NCBI GenBank assembly: GCA_052426225.1
Contig: JBNJNM010000012.1
Coordinates: 1,922,001-1,986,000, forward strand
Reading direction: 5' to 3'
DNA length: 64,000 nucleotides
Origin: Zancudomyces culisetae HAW-14-8
Taxonomy: Eukaryota; Fungi; Kickxellomycota
The notes beneath the pieces are model-generated. The model made no database searches, was not told the DNA's origin, and saw only the letters and a list, made by a program, of their open reading frames with translations. The position numbers were made by a program, and so were the translations under genes. Positions 1 to 7,483 of this stretch are shown here, piece by piece (within the stretch, counting starts at the first letter, position 1; every line of letters starts with the position of its first letter).

Positions 1-79
1 CTGGGCTAAACGGTTCCATGGTTTAAATACTTAGGCTGGTTTCAGAAAATAATAAATATAATATTTTGATCTAGTATAG

Positions 80-490
80 TGTCAAGATCTGGAGTCAGGA
101 GAGTTATATTTATTATTATTAAAGTTTATTGTATGAATGTATACAAGATACTAGATACTGAATCCAAGACAGGAAAATTGTACCCTTTTTATACTTTTTT
201 CCAGCCTTGGTTTTTGAACAAAATCACTAGAAAACTGCGGAATAGCTAAATATGCAAGCTAAAGAAAAACGTGTTTGATTACTAATCAAATTGGATTAGT
301 AATCAAACAAAAATCAAACTCGAATGCTAATAAAATTAAACATGTGAAAATTATTACGTAAGAAAAATTAAGAAATAATGTGAATTTTCGGTAATGTTCT
401 AGAATGTTGGGGAACATTCTAAACATTACTGCGGAATAAAATCAAATGATTCTAGAACGTTTTCGAACATTCTAGAATCAGTTCATGACA
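80..490 (-). mobile_element. LTR (411 bp) of a minus-strand LTR retrotransposon, probably a 3' LTR
   Basis: Inverted termini TGTCAAGA (80) / TCATGACA (490). Minus-strand purine tract GGTTGGAAGCGGAA (504-491) abuts the LTR start. Minus-strand TATAAAAAGGG near 183-193 and AATAAA near 125-130. Confidence 0.7.
382..477. promoter_or_regulatory. Two arrays of heat-shock elements (alternating nGAAn/nTTCn) in the LTR
   Basis: GAA/TTC at 5-bp period over 382-419, and TTCtaGAAcgTTTtcGAAcaTTCtaGAA at 450-477. Confidence 0.65.
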
Positions 491-1136
491 TTCCGCTTCC
501 AACCAAAAATATGCTTATCGGCCTAAAAACCCATAAACATTTACCACCAACACCTGGGAAGTATCCAAAAGTATGCGACATAACGCACATTTTGCTTCAA
601 CTCCCGCAGGTAACACAGCATTTTAAGCTGTTCTGGGAAAAGTTCCCAAAGACATTTGTTGAATTTATCTGTTTGGAAATGTTCTATTAAACTTAATTAA
701 TATCCCAAGTCCCAATTTGTTAAATTCCCCAAAAGCCTAAAAAGAAAAGGTCGGGTAATGTGGGAAATTCAATTACATTTAGGCTAAAATGTAAATGAAA
801 CCCGAAAAAGTATCGAGAAAAATCTTAAAGGGAAAAATGTATTTAAAGCCAATGTTCCTAGCCCCACTGAAAGTGTTTCGCATTTACCAGCGCGAGTCCC
901 TAAAAGGGCTTTCGTGGTTACCTTACCTGGTCCGGTGGTTCAGAGAATTTATTCCCTATTTAAAAGGAACAAACCTCCTACTAGCCCACATTGGCCCCAG
1001 ATGGTGTAAGGTCCAACTCGTCTCATAAATGGCTTCTAGGCGACATAGCCGAAGCTTTTACGGCAAATTTTTGGTCATTAGAAAGAAAATCTTTCTGACC
1101 AAAAATTTAACTTTTCTCCCAAATTCTCCTCATACC

Positions 1137-1155
1137 ATTCCCGGCAGAGCCCCCA
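1137..1155 (-). other. tRNA-Pro primer-binding site of a minus-strand LTR element
   Basis: Reverse complement reads TGGGGGCTCTGCCGGGAAT, identical to the PBS at 5628-5646, and lies 2 nt from an ...AACA LTR end at 1158. Confidence 0.8.
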
Positions 1156-1157
1156 TT

Positions 1158-2004
1158 TGTTGAATTCGTTTTCATTTTTTAGTACTAGTCCAATAGGATT
1201 TTCCCAAAAAACTTCCACTAATATCAATCACGGTTCCCTAGAAGGGTGGTTATTACTGACACAGGATTTACCATTTCTAGCCAGTTAACCACTATCTATA
1301 AAACCCCCTCGGAAAGAACACAACTGGACAATTTCCACAATTTTTGGTAAAAATAATTTTATTTAAAAGAATTCCTCCCAAAACCTGGAAAATATAGCCA
1401 AAATGGCCCTTTCCTTACACTAAAAAAATAGTATTACGCCTCTCTATATATGTTTATTTTTACTTTTAGTGTGGTTTTGGTCGGATTTACAAATTTTTCA
1501 ATTTATACTAATAATTTACTAATAAAATTGATTAAAAATAAATCCACTAATAAAGTATAAAATCGATTCGACTAAAAAATAAATCGATTTGTACTATTAA
1601 ATTGGCTGTAAAATTGACAAAAATTTATGACATGGTCATAATTTTTGTACTCTAAATTGAATTGCGCAGGAAACAATTTTTTCAAAATTGATTTCTCTGC
1701 TATTTTGCTGCAATGAAAGCGGTAAATTTAAGTTGATGCTTTTGCATACAACAGTGCATACGTCGAATTGTAATTTAAAATCGAATAGTGTACGAGAAAT
1801 TTTGGTGTACACACATTGCGGAATGCCAATTTTTATAATTTTTATTGTCGCTTAAATTTTTGTTCAAATTAATTTCGACTCAGCATGAAATAAATTCTAC
1901 ATGCTGTGTCATTCAATAATAATGATTCTAGTATGAAAAATGTCTTCATACTAAATCCCAAATTAAATAATAATTATTAGGTGTTCCCAACACCTAATTC
2001 AACA
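1158..2004 (-). mobile_element. 5' LTR (847 bp) of a truncated LTR retrotransposon
   Basis: Perfect 9-bp inverted termini TGTTGAATT/AATTCAACA. PBS directly follows on the minus strand. Several internal hairpins. Confidence 0.65.
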
Positions 2005-2043
2005 ATCACTACATAAGTAAAATATGAGAGGAAGTTAGTATCA

Positions 2044-2599
2044 AGTCGTAATAGTTCTTATAGTACATAAGTAATAGTAATTTAAACGTTTTGAAGATAG
2101 TAGCAGTTTAATAGAAATTTATAATTAAGGAACAAGAAGAGGGAAATGGAAAAACCTCATCCATGTCCTACGTTACGGATTAAATAGTATAGTTATTAAA
2201 CTCAATAAAACAAACTTTAAAAGTATATTCATATAATAAATAACCAAACATCATGAACTATTTCTTTTAACCAAGAGTAAATCCAAGAGGGATTCTGAAA
2301 CTAGCTCCAGCCTGAGCACGGCTAGTAGCATGGACCAAGAGACTGGGGTTTTAAGTCCTCGGACTCTTGGGGAGATGACAAAAAGTGTCCGTCAACTCCA
2401 AATCCGTAGGAGCCCAGAACCAATGTCCGTGAGCAGTATCTCACCGACATTTTATAGGGGAAACAGCTCACCCGAGCACCCTATTATGCACATCACACTA
2501 CGGGGTAGTGGTGCATCTTCATCATGTGTCATACCCGAACTGGTATGACACATGATGAACTTAATAATCATGGTTACATGAATTATGATTATTACGACA
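2044..2599 (+). mobile_element. Array unit A: solo-LTR-like, with short ORF (2330-2548) and hairpins
   Basis: (A)GTCGTAATA...TATTACGACA inverted termini, first base apparently mutated T>A. Confidence 0.6.
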
Positions 2600-2602
2600 C
2601 AC

Positions 2603-2824
2603 TGTTATATAGTGGAATTATATACCTTTATTTCCTTGTATTTTATTGTAAATATAATTAGTATTATTTTATGAATTAAATAGTTTAGTTTTGAATTAAT
2701 TAATAATTGGTCTTTTTCTCCCAAAATAATTTTAGTCCTAATATATAATAATAAAAGTCCCGTCCTGTATAATACTGGGTAGTTATATTACTCAATAGGA
2801 CCTTAAACATGTAATTATACAACA
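2603..2824 (+). mobile_element. Array unit B: solo LTR of the ~220-bp family (homologous to F and H)
   Basis: TGTTATATA...TATACAACA. Alignable end to end with 4852-5072. Confidence 0.75.
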
Positions 2825-2829
2825 ACACA

Positions 2830-3216
2830 TGTCATATAGTAAACCAAGACATACCTTGAAACAGTTTAGTTTAGTAATCATATGTTTTTAATTAGTATTA
2901 TGATTTTTATTACAAGTTTTAAACATTTATACAAATTTATGCTTTAACTTTCAGTAGTAAAGTTTATGTATCTTTGTATAGTTTTAATAGTATTTTTTAA
3001 GTTAGCAGTAAAAGTATTAAGTGCAGGGAAATAGCACTAAATAAAAAACATCTTTAATCCAAATAAATAGTAGTAATATGTTCTTTTATTCAGTATACTA
3101 ATATACAATAGTTAATAATAACAAGATTAACGGATATTTGGTATAGTAAGAGAATAGGATTAAGTTCAAGTATATTTTAAGTTAATAAAAGTTTAAGTTA
3201 AAATAAAAATATAACA
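2830..3216 (+). mobile_element. Array unit C: solo-LTR-like
   Basis: TGTCATAT...ATATAACA termini. Confidence 0.6.
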
Positions 3217-3219
3217 CAC

Positions 3220-3550
3220 TGTCGTATAGTAATACGATTAGAACTCTTAATGCATTGAGATTTTAAATCTCAATATTTTATAGTAGTTAAATTATAGTAT
3301 AGTTATCTTTATTTTTAGATTGGACTTTTTATCCCCCGTGGTTTTGTCCATAGATTAATTACTTAGAGTTTTGAATAATAATTACCGAAAAGTTTTTGGG
3401 GTTAAAGCAAACGCCCACTTGAAATTTAAATAAAAAAAGCTTAACAGAATATTAAAATAGATATAAGTTTTAATAAGTATAAATACCAAACATACAGTAA
3501 GTTACTTATATAGTATAGTTAAGTAGAAAATATAAACATTTTAGTCAACA
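3220..3550 (+). mobile_element. Array unit D: solo-LTR-like, degenerate right end
   Basis: TGTCGTATAG...GTCAACA. Confidence 0.5.
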
Positions 3551-3553
3551 TCA

Positions 3554-4236
3554 TGTTGTATGCTTAGCTCCATCCAAGCTAAACTATTGGATGAACAGCA
3601 TACAGCTTCTCAAACACCGAATAACCACCGTTTTCTCGGGTGTTCGAACTAGTAATCTGGAATTACTAGGGTGAAATTATCACCCAAAAAGTGAGTCAAT
3701 ATTAAGTTTTAATTGTTTTATATTAAGTTTTTACTATATGAAGTTTAAATAAAATAGCTAGGCTGGTACTAGTATATAACTAGTAACATCACTACAAGTT
3801 TGTGGTTATATCTTTTTATTTTTAAAAGTTATTCATTAAATAAAATATAAATTAGCTCTATAATACTTGACTTTATATAATTGAAATTTCTAATTTGAAC
3901 AAAAACCTACCTAAAACCAAAAAAAAACATAGGTAGTGAAGCTTAACACAATCATCAAAGGATATCAGAAAGGTATCAGAGTCTAATTTTTGGACCAAAA
4001 TTAATTGTTTTGCACACCAAATTTTAGGAGTTGGGCGTAATTTTACCCAGTTTTATCGCATTTATTGAAGTAATAAATACATAAAACTAAATTAAATATA
4101 AGCTAAAAAGGTAGGGTTGACTGGTTAAATAAAGTAAAACTTTCTCCAGTAACAATCCCCCTCTATTAGCAGAACTTTTTGTAGGTTTAGTTGCGGAAAT
4201 TTCCTGAGAAATTTTCTGCAAACTAAACTTACAACA
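3554..4236 (+). mobile_element. Array unit E: solo-LTR-like, hairpin-rich
   Basis: TGTTGTATGCTT...AAACTTACAACA termini. Long terminal fold-back at 4179-4234. Confidence 0.65.
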
Positions 4237-4240
4237 AACA

Positions 4241-4474
4241 TGTCGTATAGATAACTATACTGAAGAGTTGTCTCAATTTTATTGGTTAGTTTAATAGATG
4301 TATTTTATAGAAATAGTATAAATATGTTTATTGTGAATTAATTAATAAATTGTCATTTTCCACAGATAAATAATAGTATAATAAATTTATATATTATTGA
4401 AATTGACCCGTCCCGTGTAGTACTTGGTAGCGAAAGTTACCAAGTAGGACGTTAAGCATTTTCACTACACGACA
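4241..4474 (+). mobile_element. Array unit F: solo LTR, diverged member of the B/H family
   Basis: TGTCGTATAG...CTACACGACA (9/10 inverted match). Shares the CGTCC...GGACG structure with B and H. Confidence 0.75.
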
Positions 4475-4477
4475 AAC

Positions 4478-4847
4478 TGTCGTGTGAATATTATAGTTTT
4501 ATATTTTTATTTGCTTAAGTCATATCGAAAACTAGATAGAAATTATTTGCCATTATATAATTTTTTGGGTATAACGAACTACTACTATAATAAATTTAAT
4601 TATAAAGTTATAACTGTTTTAAACATGTGAAATATGAATTATAATAATATTATTGAAACAGGGGGTTTCCCCTTGTTGAATGGGAAAAGATGTTTTAAAT
4701 CATTTTATATGATTCCCATGACTCATCTATGACAGTGTGATTCTCAGATTTACAAGGATGTTACGTGAATTTAATTTAACCATCTTAGCAATTTATTAAA
4801 AACCCATTGGGAAAAAGTATAAATTCAGATAATTTAAATTCACGACA
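4478..4847 (+). mobile_element. Array unit G: solo-LTR-like
   Basis: TGTCGTG...CACGACA perfect 7-bp termini. Flanked by AAAC on both sides (4474-4477, 4848-4851), a 4-bp TSD. Confidence 0.7.
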
Positions 4848-4851
4848 AAAC

Positions 4852-5072
4852 TGTTATATAGTAGAAATATATACCTGTATTTCCTTGTATTTTATTGGTT
4901 AATTTAAATAGTATGATTTTATCCATTAAATAGTCTAGTTTTGAATTAATTAATAAATTGTCTTTTTCTCCCAAAATAATTATAGTCCTAATAATAAAAT
5001 AAAAGTCCCGTCCTGTATAATACTGGGTAATTTTATTACTCAGTAGGACGTTAAACATGTAATTATAGAACA
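4852..5072 (+). mobile_element. Array unit H: solo LTR, 7 bp upstream of tRNA-Ile
   Basis: TGTTATATA...TATAGAACA. Second copy of unit B. Confidence 0.75.
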
Positions 5073-5079
5073 AACACAA

Positions 5080-5153
5080 GCTCTGTTAGCTCAGCTGGTT
5101 AGAGCGTGGTGCTAATAACGCCAAGGTCACAGGTTCGATCCCTGTACAGAGCA
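5080..5153 (+). tRNA. tRNA-Ile (AAT)
   Basis: Cloverleaf: acceptor GCTCTGT/ACAGAGC, D arm GCTC/GAGC, anticodon arm TGGTG-CTAATAA-CGCCA, T loop TTCGATC. Confidence 0.97.
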
Positions 5154-5160
5154 TTTTTTT
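5154..5160 (+). terminator. Pol III poly-T terminator of tRNA-Ile
   Basis: T7 directly after the discriminator base. Confidence 0.85.
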
Positions 5161-5182
5161 ATTTTTGTTTTTAGTTTTTAAT

Positions 5183-5625
5183 TGTAGTATAACGGCTACA
5201 TACTTTTTGCTAGTGAATCAATTGCGATTCCTTAGCATGATATAACTACCAATTAACTTGTAGTTATTTTATATTTAAATATTTATAATAGTAAAGCTGA
5301 ATATCTGAACGATCAGTAAAATAAAAGCGAAGCGGACAACGAAAACAAACATCTTTAGCCTTTCTTAACAGAATATACTTTACATATACGTTTTTTACAT
5401 ACTTAGTAATTGAAATTAACACTACATTGAGATAGTTTACTTAGTGTTTTATTATTATTACAACAATAATAAAAGTTATTAAAAACATTCATATTACGGC
5501 AAACAGAACTAGTTAAGTGATCCGAGACCTGAGTATAACTGACACAATCAGTGCTATACCAAACTCAGCCATCACATTAGCTGAAAAATATATCAGATAA
5601 CTTATAACATCTACAATATATTACA
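5183..5625 (+). repeat. 5' LTR
   Basis: Direct repeat of 10605-11047. One difference seen (T5214 vs C10636, CpG context). Confidence 0.95.
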
Positions 5626-5627
5626 AT

Positions 5628-5646
5628 TGGGGGCTCTGCCGGGAAT
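5628..5646 (+). other. Primer-binding site, tRNA-Pro type
   Basis: TGGGGGCTCTGCCGGGAAT, 2 nt after the LTR. Resembles the tRNA-Pro PBS of MLV (TGGGGGCTCGTCCGGGAT). Confidence 0.85.
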
Positions 5647-5746
5647 TTAATCTCCATATATCTCAGTTGAGGGAGAATTGAATGTTTATTTACAAAAAGA
5701 TTCAATTACAGTAGTACAACAACGTCAAAGTATACAGATTCAAACG

Positions 5747-7483
5747 ATGGAAAAGCCTGTCATATTTGAGGCTCAAGGTTCATTAGATCCAAAAGAGTGG
5801 ATTTACAGATATAAATTAATAGCTAAAGTAAACAAATGGTCAGATACCGATGCTATAGAGTTGATTCAGCTTTATTTAGGAAAGAAAGAATTACAATGGT
5901 ACAAGAAAAACACTAAAGAGTTTAAAGACTGGGATACTCTGGTTACCAAGTTTACAGAGAAATATTCAAGCAAAGAGATGAATTTTGTATACTGGAAGAA
6001 AATTCAGATGATCAAACAGGAAGATTTTGCCTCAGTTGAAGACTTTGAGTTAGAACTAGAGGAATTGTTTGAGAAGGCAGAAGTAACAGATGAAGGTGTC
6101 AAATGGAACTGTTTGATGAACGCACTAAGTGAGAAGAACAAGCGCAAGGTGTTAGAGTCAGATAATAAGAAATGGGCAGATGCAATTAAGCTAATTGGGA
6201 AGTCGGAAAAGATTAAAGAAGCAGTAAAACCGAAGCCAGTAAAACCGAAGCCACTTAGTTCCAAAGACAGATTGAATGAGGCCAGGAAAAGATTTCAGGA
6301 TAGCAAAGAAAAGTTTGAGCAGCGAAATAAGATGCGGGAAAAGGCAAAGCAGGACAATGACTATAATGACATGATGAAGCAGTTTGAAAAGCTAAGTGTA
6401 AATGTCATGAATAAAGTAGATGAGGCGGTTGATAGGAGATTTAATAATACAAGAGGGAGAACTTACCATGATCGTTTTATACCCACATGCTACCACTGTG
6501 GAAGGAAAGGACACCGAAGGTATGAATGCAGACATCTAGTTCAAAGAGATACAGAGGAGGACACAAGCAGTGAAGACTCGGATGATTTAAACTGTATCGA
6601 GGTCGAAGATGTTAGCTGTGATGAAGTTTTTGGAGCAGACCGCGTGGATAAAAATAAACCTGCCATCGGACCATATAAAAAAAAGGAATATTTAAATAAT
6701 AATATTAATAAATTTGAAGTTAAACCAAAAGAAAATAGAATAAAAAATACAAAAGTTATAAAACCATATAAAACAATTAAAGAGATCGAAATGAAGAAAG
6801 CACCTACATTAAGAAGTCGAGAATCAGATTCGAAAGCCAAAGCGTATACAAAGAAGAAATACACGATTAAAGCGGCAGAAAACACAGACAGTTACTCACT
6901 CAAGGAAGATTTAGGAGCGGTATACCCTAAAATTAGTATGATACAATTACTAGAAGCCTCACCAAAACTCGCAAAGGAAATGGCAAACCTGTGCAAACGA
7001 GTAGAGGATAAAGAGGTAAACGAAATAAAATATAAGGAGACAAAAACTAGTAATTGTAAGGTTACCGTGGAAATATTCGGACAAGAAGTGAAGACCATTC
7101 TGGATACGGGTGCAGCGTGTTCAGTTGCCACTCCCGAGTTAGTCGAGAATTGGGGACTTGAGGTAGAGCAGGATTCTAGTCAGATGATCATCACTGCAGA
7201 CGGAAGTAAACACGCATCGTTGGGAAAGGTATTGGACGTGCCTATAAGGATAGGAAAGCAAATATTTAACGCGGATCTAACTGTAATGGAAAGACATGAT
7301 CAATCGTTAATATTGGGTACCGACTGGTTAGTCAGACACAAAGCAACTATAGATCTCGAAATATCACAACTAATAATTTCAAATGGAGAGCTTTCCGTTC
7401 ACTTACCATTAAAAACTTCAAAGGCAACAGTACTGACAAGCTACGACGAATCCGAACTTTATGCTATAGTTAAAGAGAAATAG
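5747..7483 (+). CDS. gag: Retrotransposon Gag-protease polyprotein
   Basis: CCHC knuckle CYHCGRKGHRRYEC and aspartic protease ILDTGAACS. First in-frame ATG is at 5747; the ORF track starts at a TTG (5678). Confidence 0.92.
   Translation: MEKPVIFEAQGSLDPKEWIYRYKLIAKVNKWSDTDAIELIQLYLGKKELQWYKKNTKEFKDWDTLVTKFTEKYSSKEMNFVYWKKIQMIKQEDFASVEDFELELEELFEKAEVTDEGVKWNCLMNALSEKNKRKVLESDNKKWADAIKLIGKSEKIKEAVKPKPVKPKPLSSKDRLNEARKRFQDSKEKFEQRNKMREKAKQDNDYNDMMKQFEKLSVNVMNKVDEAVDRRFNNTRGRTYHDRFIPTCYHCGRKGHRRYECRHLVQRDTEEDTSSEDSDDLNCIEVEDVSCDEVFGADRVDKNKPAIGPYKKKEYLNNNINKFEVKPKENRIKNTKVIKPYKTIKEIEMKKAPTLRSRESDSKAKAYTKKKYTIKAAENTDSYSLKEDLGAVYPKISMIQLLEASPKLAKEMANLCKRVEDKEVNEIKYKETKTSNCKVTVEIFGQEVKTILDTGAACSVATPELVENWGLEVEQDSSQMIITADGSKHASLGKVLDVPIRIGKQIFNADLTVMERHDQSLILGTDWLVRHKATIDLEISQLIISNGELSVHLPLKTSKATVLTSYDESELYAIVKEK

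Larger units (their letters stand above)
2044..5072 (+). repeat. Tandem array of eight solo-LTR-like units abutting tRNA-Ile
   Basis: Units 2044-2599, 2603-2824, 2830-3216, 3220-3550, 3554-4236, 4241-4474, 4478-4847, 4852-5072. Consensus ends TGTYRT...AYRACA. Spacers CAC, ACACA, CAC, TCA, AACA, AAC, AAAC, then AACACAA to the tRNA. Confidence 0.8.

Noticed and set aside
5000-5060. Hammerhead ribozyme (GTCC...GGACG resembles stem II)
   Set aside because: No CUGANGA or GAAA catalytic core in the right places on either strand.
2044-5072. CRISPR array or integron-like cassette array with palindromic attC-type junctions (e.g. CACGACA-AAC-TGTCGTG)
   Set aside because: Eukaryotic context, no cas gene or recognisable integron integrase, and unit lengths vary from 221 to 683 bp. 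The palindromes follow directly from juxtaposed TG...CA LTR ends plus a target-site duplication.
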